Below are positions 22,683 through 32,093 of a stretch of 40,000 nucleotides of DNA, piece by piece. The position numbers and the translations under genes were made by a program. The first letter of the stretch is position 1; each line of letters begins with the position of its first letter. Source of the DNA: Paenibacillus sp. FSL R10-2734. Lineage in GTDB: Bacteria; Bacillota; Bacilli; Paenibacillales; Paenibacillaceae. Below the pieces are notes generated by a model. That model made no database searches and had not been told where the DNA came from. It was given only the letters and a program-made list of their open reading frames with translations. The DNA lies in assembly GCF_037963865.1 (NCBI RefSeq), contig NZ_CP150170.1, positions 6,317,760-6,357,759 of the forward strand. Direction: 5' to 3'.

Positions 22683-23378
22683 TCACCCCGGAAGCTTCAG
22701 GACGGAACCGATCTTGAGCGTCTTCAGTTGCGCATCCGTTAAGCCGTTTAACTTCTGAATCTCTTTCCATCGGCTCCCGTCACCGAGTTCTCTTTTAGCA
22801 ATCTTCATCAAAGTATCCTCGGATTTGACGGTAACTGTTTTCGACTTGGTACGTTCATCTGCACGTTTCGCTGGCTCTTTCTTTGTTGTAGTGGTTGTAC
22901 CGGCTGCTGTCTCGGTTGACTTCAGCTTCACTTTTTTAGCAGCATAAAAAACATACTCCTTCAAGCTAATGTCATATTCAAAATCACCTGGGGATCCAGC
23001 AACCTCTTTATAATTGAATTCCTCAATACTGGCCGCAATGTTGATTTTTAGACCTGTTGAGGTAAAAATAAACCGGATCGGCTTCCGCTTATTCATCCAG
23101 TTTTCAATCAGTTGGATGTAATCCGCGGGTTGCCCCCAGTTTTTTGATGATACATAACTTGGTACGGCACCACCTACAGCGATAGCCGGAAAAAAGCTGC
23201 TAAAGCTAATCTCTTTTAGCTTTGCAGCTTTGATCACATTGATTTCACCAAGATCAGTTATATTGTAGGTCTCCCCATCGCCTTCCCCACCGATCTCTAT
23301 TTCTTCCGGAAGGACGGGGATTTCAAACCATATTGCGCGGTTGTTGAAACTCAGTTCGATGCTGTAGCCATCGGCCAC
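22683..23378 (-). CDS. xkdP: XkdP-like LysM-domain tail protein
   Basis: C-terminal LysM (VTVKSEDTLMKIAKRELGDGSRWKEIQKLNGL...LKIGSVLKLP). Follows the tape measure gene. Confidence 0.8.
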   Translation of the reverse strand: MADGYSIELSFNNRAIWFEIPVLPEEIEIGGEGDGETYNITDLGEINVIKAAKLKEISFSSFFPAIAVGGAVPSYVSSKNWGQPADYIQLIENWMNKRKPIRFIFTSTGLKINIAASIEEFNYKEVAGSPGDFEYDISLKEYVFYAAKKVKLKSTETAAGTTTTTKKEPAKRADERTKSKTVTVKSEDTLMKIAKRELGDGSRWKEIQKLNGLTDAQLKTLKIGSVLKLPG

Positions 23379-23392
23379 ACAACCACCCCCTT

Positions 23393-25816
23393 TTAGTTAT
23401 AGAGACCCTTCGCGGTACTAGCGATCTCATCATTAAGCTTCTTCGTTATCTTTGATACAATCGAATCAACATTCGCCCGATTGGTTACTGGACCAGTCTT
23501 CATCTGAATAGTCGGTGTCAATGTCACAAAGTTTTGAATGTTCTTCATCTCAGCGACATCACGCATAACCTTTAGGTCTTCTTTACTGATATCAATTGGT
23601 TTTTCTACTTTACCAAGTTTATCGACTTTTTTTAATTTATCGGCTTTAGGAGAAGTAGCAGCACCTGAACCACCAGCAGCAAATCCCATACCTACTTCTT
23701 TTCCAGCATTTTGTAATTGATTTTGTTTAGCGGCTGCAGCTGCTGACTCATCTTCTCTCTTCTTTGTGCGATCATCCAGCATTTTCTGCGTTTTTGCTTC
23801 TCGTTCCTTCGCCTTGGCGGCTGCATCTGCATAGGCTTGGTCTTTTTTGGCTCCTGCGTAGTCTAGTGCAGCATCGGCAATTTTTTCAAAACTAAAGCTT
23901 CCTGCTATCTCATACGATGATCCCGTGATTTTATTTATGAGCCAGAGAACGTCATTGATCCCATCGATGATTCCGTTTATAACGGCGTCGTAAATCTTTC
24001 CGACACTACCAGCCCACCACGTAAACGCTTTGGCAATAGCTTCGACTACTGTCCAAAAATAAGCAGGAACTGTTGAAAAGAAATTAAATATCGCATTCCA
24101 AGCTCTTTGCCATCCTGCTGCAAATTCATCATTAGTCTTATAAAGTTGCCATATCCACGCTATTAAACCAACAATTAGTGAGATAATCAAAACTATTACA
24201 TTTGCTTTCATAGCGGCATTAAGGGTTGCCCATGCTGCCCTTAGACCGAAAACGGCTAAGGTTTGTAAGAAAACTGCAGCTGTTCCTGTTCCGGTAGCTA
24301 AAGCATTGAGTCCCTGATTAATGGCCACAGCTAAGGTAGCAACTTTCCATGCCACAAATGCGGCTACTATCCCCCACACTATAGGTTCAATTAATGACCA
24401 ATTGCTTGAAAAAAATTCATATACTTGCGCAGCTACTTGTCCTAAATAAACAACTGCATCGACAGCAGCAGAGATTCCAGCACTAAGCCCGCTCAAAAAT
24501 TGATCCCCTGCACTCGTATCTAACCATGCCGTAAAATCTTGGACCATTTTTGTGATTTTAGCTAAAGGTCCCTCAACACCATTAATTGTTCCTACCCATT
24601 CTGCCACTTTATTCTGTAATATTGTGGTTGCAGATCCAAAAGTCATCGGCATCTGAGCAAACATCTTATCGATTTTATCACTTTGATTTTGGAATGCTTT
24701 AACGATCATTGCCGATGTTAATTCGCCATCCGCCCCCATTTGCTTGAGTTGTCCACGAGCCACACCCAACCCCTCTGCAAGTAGAGTCATCATTGCCGGT
24801 GCATTTTCTGAGAGAGAACGAAGCTCATCCCCTTGTAAGACACCAGACCCGAGAGCTTGCCCCATCTGGAGTATCGCTGCTGTTGTTTCCTGTGCTCCTG
24901 CCCCGGAAAGGACCAAACTTTTGTTAAAGCTCTTTGTGAAAGCAATGATATCGTCATCGTTTTTAAAGATACCTTGAGTGCTCATCCCAAGTTTAGTTAC
25001 CAAATCAGCAGTAGCTTGGTAATTGGATCGCGTCTCATTTGCAGCAGCCATAACTTGCTTTTGAAGTTGGTATTGAGTTCTGAGACCATCGTTAACCATA
25101 CCGAGACGCGCATTAGTTAATGCTACATCGTCAGATATTTCAAGTAGGCTTTTTGCGGCCGCAATTGAAAGATAAGCCGCAACTACGTTTTTGAGACTAC
25201 CGAGCCAATTTGATGTGTTTTTCGTTGCTTTATTAATTTGTCCGTTTACTCTAGACTGTAGGTCGGCAATTTGCCGTTCTAGCCTAGCGATACGTTCTAG
25301 AGCTCTTTGTAGTTCACCAGCATCTGCACTTCGTGTTCTCAATTGTCGCGTTGATCTAATGAGTTGAGATACTAAGCGTTGGAGGTTTGTAAACATAGCC
25401 TCCAACGACCGAGGCAACTCAATCCGAATCCGTGCAACAACGCTACTTAACTCCGATTCTATTTGTCTTTTGATAATCGCAATTTGCGCGGAAATATCGG
25501 CGGCGTCGATTCTTATTTTAATTGCCGACTCTTCGTCACCTAGCCGCTGCCTAATCAGCGCTAATTGTTGTAATACTTCTGTTGAGTTAATGTTTATTCG
25601 TATTAGGCTACCTGTTCCAAGAGCGGCAATCTGCTGTTTAATCATATCTAAACCACTAATTACATCAAAGGCACTAATTCGAATCATCATCGGATTACGC
25701 ATTTGAGCTTCTAATCTCGCCATTAGCTGGATCGTCGCTGCAAGAGCGGTATTGACCTGACCCAATCGCTGACTAAAAGCATCATTAAGCGCTAGGCTTG
25801 CAGCAATACTTGGCAT
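23393..25816 (-). CDS. xkdO: Tail tape measure protein
   Basis: 807 aa. Coiled-coil N-terminus, central TMP motif (LGMSTQG...GAGAQETTAAILQMGQALGSGVLQGDELRSL) and hydrophobic segments. Position after the chaperone gene. Confidence 0.9.
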   Translation of the reverse strand: MPSIAASLALNDAFSQRLGQVNTALAATIQLMARLEAQMRNPMMIRISAFDVISGLDMIKQQIAALGTGSLIRININSTEVLQQLALIRQRLGDEESAIKIRIDAADISAQIAIIKRQIESELSSVVARIRIELPRSLEAMFTNLQRLVSQLIRSTRQLRTRSADAGELQRALERIARLERQIADLQSRVNGQINKATKNTSNWLGSLKNVVAAYLSIAAAKSLLEISDDVALTNARLGMVNDGLRTQYQLQKQVMAAANETRSNYQATADLVTKLGMSTQGIFKNDDDIIAFTKSFNKSLVLSGAGAQETTAAILQMGQALGSGVLQGDELRSLSENAPAMMTLLAEGLGVARGQLKQMGADGELTSAMIVKAFQNQSDKIDKMFAQMPMTFGSATTILQNKVAEWVGTINGVEGPLAKITKMVQDFTAWLDTSAGDQFLSGLSAGISAAVDAVVYLGQVAAQVYEFFSSNWSLIEPIVWGIVAAFVAWKVATLAVAINQGLNALATGTGTAAVFLQTLAVFGLRAAWATLNAAMKANVIVLIISLIVGLIAWIWQLYKTNDEFAAGWQRAWNAIFNFFSTVPAYFWTVVEAIAKAFTWWAGSVGKIYDAVINGIIDGINDVLWLINKITGSSYEIAGSFSFEKIADAALDYAGAKKDQAYADAAAKAKEREAKTQKMLDDRTKKREDESAAAAAKQNQLQNAGKEVGMGFAAGGSGAATSPKADKLKKVDKLGKVEKPIDISKEDLKVMRDVAEMKNIQNFVTLTPTIQMKTGPVTNRANVDSIVSKITKKLNDEIASTAKGLYN

Positions 25817-25830
25817 ATGCTTCCTCCTTC

Positions 25831-25870
25831 CTAAATAAATAAAAGAGCACCCCGTTTGGAGTGCTCTTTA
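25831..25870 (-). terminator. Intrinsic terminator inside the tail operon (after the 188-aa moron)
   Basis: Minus strand AAGAGCACTCC-AAAC-GGGGTGCTCTT followed by TTATTTATTT. Confidence 0.65.
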
Positions 25871-25873
25871 GAA

Positions 25874-26440
25874 TTATAATTGAACTGTCTGCTTAGGATT
25901 ATCAATAATGATCGGCTTCAGTTTGTTTACTATTTTCTGTGCTCCAAAAGGACTATTCCCCCCATCGAACATTAGGGCAGTTAAATCACCTGCTACGTTG
26001 GTGTAATTAATGATGAGGTAGTATGTGTTTGTTTTCTTTTCTTTGCTAGTTGCTCTAGCTCCAACTACCAGACCAATTGGTCCGAACAACAATCCACCTG
26101 CTATTCCTTTAGCAGCACTTGATTTAACGATATTCGCAATTTCAGTATCTGTCTTGACTTCTGTCGCACGAATTTGAGTAGCATCAATTTTAAAGTCTGT
26201 CCCACCACCATTGATGACAAGACCCGTATCAGTAACAGATACTTGGCATTGAGTTTTTTCCGAAAGTGGTAATCCTTCGACGTGATGCAACAACACCTGT
26301 GCCGAAATTTTGTTTTCTTTCATTTGTTTTTTGGCTTTCTGCCGCCCTTTTATGGATATGACTATTAGAAATATCAACAGAAACAAAAGAAAAAAAAGTG
26401 CTCCTATGGCTATTAATGCACCCGTCACTAAGTACACCAT
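25874..26440 (-). CDS. Membrane-anchored hypothetical protein inserted between the tail chaperone and tape measure genes (moron)
   Basis: N-terminal TM segment (LVTGALIAIGALFFLLFLLIFLIVISI) and a second Gly-rich hydrophobic segment (GIAGGLLFGPIGLVVGA). Has its own terminator and no PBSX counterpart at this position. Confidence 0.6.
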   Translation of the reverse strand: MVYLVTGALIAIGALFFLLFLLIFLIVISIKGRQKAKKQMKENKISAQVLLHHVEGLPLSEKTQCQVSVTDTGLVINGGGTDFKIDATQIRATEVKTDTEIANIVKSSAAKGIAGGLLFGPIGLVVGARATSKEKKTNTYYLIINYTNVAGDLTALMFDGGNSPFGAQKIVNKLKPIIIDNPKQTVQL

Positions 26441-26498
26441 CCCTTCAAAATCATGAAAAATATACCATCAATATATCAAATGTTCCATTAATGGTCTA

Positions 26499-26692
26499 TT
26501 ACTTTTTACGTGATTTTGATTTTGTTTTTGCTGCATCCTTTTTATCTTTGTCAATTCGAACTGATATCATGGCATATATAGCTGCTCGTTCTAGCTGCCC
26601 CATAGCCATAAGGTCATGCGGTAAAATGTGCAGCTCATGGAGAGCGTAGTAAGCTAAGTTAGCCTCACCGTCACCCTCCTCTATTAGTTTTT
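26499..26692 (-). CDS. -1 frame extension of the tail assembly chaperone (G/GT-type frameshift product; xkzB position)
   Basis: The -1 frame is open from the slippery site: LIEEGDGEANLAYYALHELHILPHDLMAMGQLERAAIYAMISVRIDKDKKDAAKTKSKSRKK. There is no independent RBS or start. Confidence 0.6.
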
Positions 26693-27106
26693 TACTTCTG
26701 CAATTTGATCATTGATATCCTGATCGAAACCATTGAGCGCTTGTACTTTTTCCATTAAGGATGAAAACTCGCCAGGAAGCAGCATTTTACGAATTAGTGG
26801 CTCAGCCCCCATAACGCCATAAGACTTCTGCAAATCCGCATTCTTCAAATCTGGGTATGCAATTGACGCCACAACCATCTTTGCCAGATACTCATTGGTA
26901 TCAACTTCAGAAGTGTATTGTCCGTATTTCGCCTTAGAGCGCTTGGTAGCCGCTTTCCGTAGTGCTTGATTATCTTCTTCCGTGATACTACGCAACTTCC
27001 ACGGAATTACCTTGTTATCTTTATCTTTAAATCTAGGAGAGACCACGAAATCCTCTGTAGTCTCCACTGCTGCGTTTTGTGCGTAGAATGCTGAAAAGTC
27101 GCTCAT
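26684..27106 (-). CDS. xkdN: XkdN-like tail assembly chaperone
   Basis: Position between the tube and tape measure genes. MSDFSAFYAQNAAVETTEDFVVSPRFKDKDNKVIPWKLRSITEEDN pattern. Confidence 0.75.
   Translation of the reverse strand: MSDFSAFYAQNAAVETTEDFVVSPRFKDKDNKVIPWKLRSITEEDNQALRKAATKRSKAKYGQYTSEVDTNEYLAKMVVASIAYPDLKNADLQKSYGVMGAEPLIRKMLLPGEFSSLMEKVQALNGFDQDINDQIAEVKN
26687..26693 (-). other. Slippery heptamer A AAA AAC (programmed -1 ribosomal frameshift site)
   Basis: The zero frame reads GTA AAA AAC TAA. The heptamer sits immediately before the chaperone stop codon. Confidence 0.6.
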
Positions 27107-27136
27107 ATAATAATTCCTCCTGAAATTTAATTTATT

Positions 27137-27598
27137 TTAATTGGTTGGTGCGTTAAATGCTTGACCCATATCAATATCCTCAAAGGTAAAATCGATATCC
27201 TCTTCTAGTGCATCAGACTCTGTATCCAGTGATACCATAACTACACTATCAAGGTTCACACCTAGTAAAGTAATTGTTTGAGACCCAATGGTAGATCCCG
27301 GATCTTCATTAGTTACCGTAATATCAAAGTTGGTATCTCTACCTGTCTTGATATAATCAATCATCAACTGACGAAACCGACTTGTCATATAGTAGATCGT
27401 CATACTACCGGTACCAGACCATCCGGTAGTTTTATGTTGCGTACCGCGGCGGCCCAATGTCTTTACCTCAGCCTTTTCCTTTTCAACAGAGGCTTCAAGA
27501 GTCTTGATATAAAACATTTCCTCGACCTGACCATTGATCGTGGCGTAGGCTCGTCCCTCTTGCCCACTGATTGTTTCGCTAGCCTTTAAGAAACCCAT
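27137..27598 (-). CDS. xkdM: Tail tube protein (XkdM-like)
   Basis: ISGQEGRAYATINGQVEEMFYIKTLEASVEKEKAEVKTLGRRGTQHKTTGWSGTGSMTIYY is close to the XkdM core tail protein pattern. Confidence 0.85.
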   Translation of the reverse strand: MGFLKASETISGQEGRAYATINGQVEEMFYIKTLEASVEKEKAEVKTLGRRGTQHKTTGWSGTGSMTIYYMTSRFRQLMIDYIKTGRDTNFDITVTNEDPGSTIGSQTITLLGVNLDSVVMVSLDTESDALEEDIDFTFEDIDMGQAFNAPTN

Positions 27599-27599
27599 C

Positions 27600-28916
27600 T
27601 TATCTCACCTGCACTTTCATATATACTTTTTCGATACTATCTACTGGTTGAATATTGGCTTCAACATAGATGGCATCTGATTCAACACCAGGAAGTACTG
27701 TGATATCTGTCTGGGCATCAAAGTTTTGAATGGCAGAAATGCTCTGTAGACTATCCAGATAGATCACAGCCTCTTTACGAAACAAAGCTCGGCCATCAAC
27801 ATTGTTTGATACCTTACCGATGTAAAATGACTCAAAGATACGCTTCAAATCATTTGCAATTCCATCCAAAACTCGAAGCACACGATTTTTATGAAGTTGT
27901 TTCCCCTTCTTCGGAGTGTAAGAGAGGAAAGTATTAATATCCTGCTCAACCACGGCCCGATTAACGGACGGTGTAAAGAGAAATTCTCCAGCTTTCAAAG
28001 CTGCTTCAATCTGTGTGTTGGTGTAGCGTGGCGCCACATCTACAGCGTCGTCATATGCCGAATAAGTCAGAGACTCATTCATTTCAGCTGCTGCACTAGC
28101 CCCAGCTACCCATGCTGTGGCCTGCGCTGCTGTTAGTGTTGTCCCATCTGAGAGAACCACACCATTCTTAACGCTAATTACACCTTCATTGTCAGCTACT
28201 GGATAGTTCTCCAGCACGACTTGAATCTTCTTCCCCTCATTATCCCGTAGACGCTTTGCAAAGGCTGCATACACAGCTTTCAGGGCGTTATCTGTAGATG
28301 TCAATGCGGAGGTTTGAAAGTCATATAGTTCCAGCGCGGCTAAATAGGCTGTGTGATCAGCATTAGTCACAGTACCATTAGTACCGCCCACTAGAGGTGC
28401 TCCTGCACTTGCAGTCAGCGCACCGGTTCCACCCCAATCAATCCAATCATTAGCTTTGAGCCCAGCGATATTAGCGACCACCTGTGTATCGACTACTGCG
28501 TTATCAAGCAACGTTTTCACATCGAACTTGCTACTGTCGTCAATGTTGGTTTGTATTACAACCTTTAGATCGTTCCCCCGAGTACCACCGTATTTTGCTT
28601 TGGGTGTCAAATCGCCTATTGTAGCAGTTGCCTTAACTCCTTCATTAAGCTTGTAGAGTAACACTGTTCGCGCTCGCTTAAATGACTCACGCACCAGCAA
28701 CAGTTCTGGGGCTGTGATGTCATACCCTAGTGTTTTAAATGTGTCCTCTCCTGCGACAATTGGCATGATGACTTTTGCGGCACCCCACGGTAGTGTCAGA
28801 GCCAATGAGGTAATCCCTCTACTACCGACCGTCCCTAAAGCCCCACCAGACGTTTCCACATTGACATATACGCCAGGTCTTTCTTTATTTTGAGTGGTCC
28901 ATGTTCCACCGGCCAT
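27600..28916 (-). CDS. xkdK: Contractile tail sheath protein (XkdK-like)
   Basis: MAGGTWTTQNKERPGVYVNV... N-terminus. 438 aa. Lies upstream of the tube gene. Confidence 0.9.
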   Translation of the reverse strand: MAGGTWTTQNKERPGVYVNVETSGGALGTVGSRGITSLALTLPWGAAKVIMPIVAGEDTFKTLGYDITAPELLLVRESFKRARTVLLYKLNEGVKATATIGDLTPKAKYGGTRGNDLKVVIQTNIDDSSKFDVKTLLDNAVVDTQVVANIAGLKANDWIDWGGTGALTASAGAPLVGGTNGTVTNADHTAYLAALELYDFQTSALTSTDNALKAVYAAFAKRLRDNEGKKIQVVLENYPVADNEGVISVKNGVVLSDGTTLTAAQATAWVAGASAAAEMNESLTYSAYDDAVDVAPRYTNTQIEAALKAGEFLFTPSVNRAVVEQDINTFLSYTPKKGKQLHKNRVLRVLDGIANDLKRIFESFYIGKVSNNVDGRALFRKEAVIYLDSLQSISAIQNFDAQTDITVLPGVESDAIYVEANIQPVDSIEKVYMKVQVR

Positions 28917-28919
28917 AAT

Positions 28920-29114
28920 CTACTCAGCCTCCTTATTCTTAAATTCTTCGATGATCTGCTGTGCCTCAGCCGCCGTATACAACTTTTCTGGCTCCAGTAG
29001 CGCCGACAGGACATCTTTATCCTGGTATGAGTATTTGGTAGAGTTCAAGAACTGTTCCTTTGTATACGAAGCCTCAGGAGCTTCAATAGCTTCCTTTTCA
29101 TTTTTCACACTCAC
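28920..29114 (-). CDS. Small hypothetical phage structural-module protein
   Basis: 64-aa acidic ORF, tightly packed. Confidence 0.45.
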   Translation of the reverse strand: MSVKNEKEAIEAPEASYTKEQFLNSTKYSYQDKDVLSALLEPEKLYTAAEAQQIIEEFKNKEAE

Positions 29115-29539
29115 TTAATACCGCCCCCTTGCTTCATAGTCTGCATTTTTACATCCGTTGCTTTCGTCCTCACGACATGGTAGTTATATTGGATGAAGAA
29201 ATGCAGCACTCCATCCACAATTTCATCACGCATGCCGATACCGCGGTATCCTCCCTCAGCGCCGGTCACATACTCTAGTTCTGAGTACAGTCGCTCAGCC
29301 ATGAGCTCGCATTCTTCCCGGGGTGCCGCGGCATCCTTGTGTGGAAAGTAATGAACATCGAAGGAATTCAAACGCCGATACCGCCGATTAATTTCCCTGT
29401 TTTGGCCGCCTTCGATGCGCAACACAAAAAAGCACGGCTGCTTCATGCCCTGCTCTACTGCTTCGTCATAAACTGGATACTCCGGAGTAAATAACGATAG
29501 CCTCTTTATAAGTGCGTCTTTGATATCCTGCATGCTCAC
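29111..29539 (-). CDS. Tail completion/terminator-like protein (XkdJ/YqbJ position)
   Basis: Overlapping starts and stops. Call based on synteny only. Confidence 0.5.
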   Translation of the reverse strand: MSMQDIKDALIKRLSLFTPEYPVYDEAVEQGMKQPCFFVLRIEGGQNREINRRYRRLNSFDVHYFPHKDAAAPREECELMAERLYSELEYVTGAEGGYRGIGMRDEIVDGVLHFFIQYNYHVVRTKATDVKMQTMKQGGGIK

Positions 29540-29940
29540 CGCCCCATGTGCTTCTCCATGTATTTTTTCAGCTTCCGCTCCATGATCCCTGGCAACTCTC
29601 TCTCTAGTTCCTGCTCGGATAAGGTCAACATGAATTTACCGTTAACCCAACCGGTCCGTAGTCTAGTAACGTGTCCAAATTCTACATAGAGCGCATATTC
29701 AACATTATTTGTGATCTCTACGTGGATACCGCCACCAGCTAATCTAACTACCTCACCGATCTGCCAACCTCGCCTCAAGTCTCCGCTTAGAACCGGAGTT
29801 CTAGCTATAGTCTTCGCCAGTAACCGTCCTGCAAGCTCACGAATACACTCCTCCATAAACGCTGGAAATTCATTTTGCATCCGTTGAAGGCTCTTCTGAA
29901 GCTTTTTAACATCGGAGAAATCGAATTTACCCATGCTCAT
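29536..29940 (-). CDS. HK97 gp10-family head-tail joining protein
   Basis: ARTPVLSGDLRRGW...NNVEYALYVEFGH motif. Confidence 0.75.
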   Translation of the reverse strand: MSMGKFDFSDVKKLQKSLQRMQNEFPAFMEECIRELAGRLLAKTIARTPVLSGDLRRGWQIGEVVRLAGGGIHVEITNNVEYALYVEFGHVTRLRTGWVNGKFMLTLSEQELERELPGIMERKLKKYMEKHMGR

Positions 29941-30317
29941 GCGTTCAGGACCTCTTTTAGTTTGATTTCCTGATGAGTAGCATACCTGAATGCCTTACCC
30001 GCCTGTTCTCCCTTGAACTCCATGCCATTCTGCTGAACCGTGATTCGACTTCCTGGCTTGATAGTTACATCAGGAGAGATAAACAGCTTAGCATCGTATT
30101 CCACCTTGTCTGACGTTACGGTCTGTGTCGCGCTTGGAAGAGTTGATTGAGAGAGTCCACAAGGCTCGTCAGCCAACACAACGACAGGCTGCTGCCGTGT
30201 TTTACCGCTCACTGGATCTTTTACATCCTTCATTTCCGAAACAGTACATAAGCCTTCATAGGTGCTCTCCAGCGCTGCCCGTTCCGCAGCTACCATGCCA
30301 AATTGCATAGTTACCAC
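29937..30317 (-). CDS. Head closure / head-tail adaptor protein (XkdH/YqbH-like)
   Basis: Size and synteny. Confidence 0.55.
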   Translation of the reverse strand: MVTMQFGMVAAERAALESTYEGLCTVSEMKDVKDPVSGKTRQQPVVVLADEPCGLSQSTLPSATQTVTSDKVEYDAKLFISPDVTIKPGSRITVQQNGMEFKGEQAGKAFRYATHQEIKLKEVLNA

Positions 30318-30691
30318 CTCAATCTGCGGAACGCTTGCAACTGAGCAGAATAGTTCCGCACGAAAGCTGCTCCAGATCCTACAGTAACTGTCGCCTTAGC
30401 GGATCCGAACGCTGTTGTAACATCTCCACGCTTGATACTAGTAACTGCTGGCACGGTCTGTTCGAATTCTGTAGGGTACTTCGTCCGGTAGTAATCCTCA
30501 GCAATATGCAGAACCACATTATCCAAGGCTTCTGGAATAGATGGTATGTTGCAATAAGTTTTAATCTCCTGGACGATAGTTTCCAAAACAAACAGCAGTC
30601 TACTATCCTTACTGGTATCTTCAAACGGTATCAGTAGTAATTGTTTCAGTCGAATTAGATACTTTTGGATCTCCTCCGGCATCTGCTTCAC
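30311..30691 (-). CDS. gp6-like head-tail connector protein (start uncertain)
   Basis: IQKYLIRLKQLLLIPFEDTSKDSRLLFVLETIVQEIKTYCNIP pattern. The 5' end overlaps the upstream gene by about 60-70 nt, so the true start may be internal. Confidence 0.6.
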   Translation of the reverse strand: MKQMPEEIQKYLIRLKQLLLIPFEDTSKDSRLLFVLETIVQEIKTYCNIPSIPEALDNVVLHIAEDYYRTKYPTEFEQTVPAVTSIKRGDVTTAFGSAKATVTVGSGAAFVRNYSAQLQAFRRLRW

Positions 30692-30986
30692 CTGCTTTCA
30701 GGATAACTGCAAGCACTTCCTTTATCTTCGAAGCTTCGCCCAAGTCAATACCATGTTCCTTAGCATATTTCTTGAGTGCTGGCAGTTTCATTTCTTCCAG
30801 CGGCACATCCTGCTCATCTTCATCATCATCAAATTCAGGCACATCTTCACGCCGAATTACTCCATCCTTAATGAGCGATTCCACTTCACTCGGCAGGATG
30901 GCAATAGTCTCACCAGCTTGATAAAACTTCCGGTTATATTTAGCGGTTATAGCTAGGGAGATATCAATACGTTTTTCTTCAGCCAT
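30621..30986 (-). CDS. YqbF-like protein with HeH/Rho-N-like motif
   Basis: RBS AAAGGAAG lies 8 nt before the ATG at 30986 (MAEEKR...). LPALKKYAKEHGIDLGEASKIKEVL is a HeH-like motif. Confidence 0.55.
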   Translation of the reverse strand: MAEEKRIDISLAITAKYNRKFYQAGETIAILPSEVESLIKDGVIRREDVPEFDDDEDEQDVPLEEMKLPALKKYAKEHGIDLGEASKIKEVLAVILKAGEADAGGDPKVSNSTETITTDTV

Positions 30987-31033
30987 TTTTAATCTTCCTT
31001 TCAAATGGGGGTAAGAGAGGCATCAGCCTCTCC

Positions 31034-32077
31034 TTATGCTACTTTAACGATGTAAATGTTATCGATAGACTCAAACGATGGCAGGGTAATTTCAGAAACG
31101 ATAGTTTGAACGTTGACAGGGTGAGGTTCTTTAATAGTAGTGATAGCCACACCAGTTTCAACAATATTAACTTGGGCTACAGTTGCTCCACTCATAAGAT
31201 CAGCTTCCTCAGGCGTTGTACCAAAGTATGTGTTACCTAAAGTGCCATCCGGAATAAACGTAATGAAGTCATCAGGGTAATATAAATGAGAACTTCCATC
31301 CTGCAGTTCGTACTTCTTGTTGTACACCGAAATAGAAATCCCCAGTTTATTCAGCAGGTACTGTCTCATGAGAGCATCAGTCATGATGATGTTTTGGCCG
31401 CCTAGCGGATTCATATCCAAACGAATCGCTTTGTTCTTCATGATATATCCCCATGTCTTGCGTGTGCAGATTGCTTTAGTTAATTGAACGCCACGGTCAT
31501 CATCCATGGTTTGTTGGATTTCCTGAATATCTCCAACGATATCAGCATCAGGATTAGACCATTTGTCATCACCAGTTAAAGTAACTTTGTGATTATCAGG
31601 CATCTGATAGTCGTAATCATAATTTTGGCGGTTAGCAGTAATCAAAATCTTGCCGGTAGACAAGAGTTGCATCCGCATACGTTCCGGGTTGACTAGTGCG
31701 CCTTTCACAAGCGTAGTCGCATCGTCGTAAATGTTATTGATCAGCGGCATATAATACTGCTCGTTTGTAGATGCCATCAATTCAAGAAGTTCCTGACGCT
31801 CTTCCTCTCCAATGCTCATTGCTTCTCGGAAGAACGGCATCTTTGTTTTAACATCCTTGAATCCAATACGGTCCCTCAATGTGGCTTTTGCATCAAATGC
31901 AGACGGCATGAGTGCAACTGGCAACCCCTTTGAACCTTTAATCCATTTCAGCGTAAGGCCTTTTTGCTTCTTAGATGGGAAAAGTGTTTCCCCAAGGTAA
32001 GGAATTTCCTCAGATGTGACAGTGTTATAATACGTGCCGATGCTTTCCGCATCAACAAGATCAAAAATTGTTTTCAT
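31034..32077 (-). CDS. Major capsid protein (protein E / XkdG-YqbE family)
   Basis: MKTIFDLVDAESIGTYYNTV...PYLGETLFPSKKQKGLTLKWIKGSKGLPVALMPSAFDA. 347 aa. Follows the scaffold gene. Confidence 0.85.
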   Translation of the reverse strand: MKTIFDLVDAESIGTYYNTVTSEEIPYLGETLFPSKKQKGLTLKWIKGSKGLPVALMPSAFDAKATLRDRIGFKDVKTKMPFFREAMSIGEEERQELLELMASTNEQYYMPLINNIYDDATTLVKGALVNPERMRMQLLSTGKILITANRQNYDYDYQMPDNHKVTLTGDDKWSNPDADIVGDIQEIQQTMDDDRGVQLTKAICTRKTWGYIMKNKAIRLDMNPLGGQNIIMTDALMRQYLLNKLGISISVYNKKYELQDGSSHLYYPDDFITFIPDGTLGNTYFGTTPEEADLMSGATVAQVNIVETGVAITTIKEPHPVNVQTIVSEITLPSFESIDNIYIVKVA

Positions 32078-32093
32078 GATATTTTCCCCTTTC

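Noticed and set aside
26398-26649. 83-aa plus-strand ORF between the chaperone and moron genes
   Set aside because: It is antisense to the -1 frameshift extension of the chaperone, which explains the open frame better.
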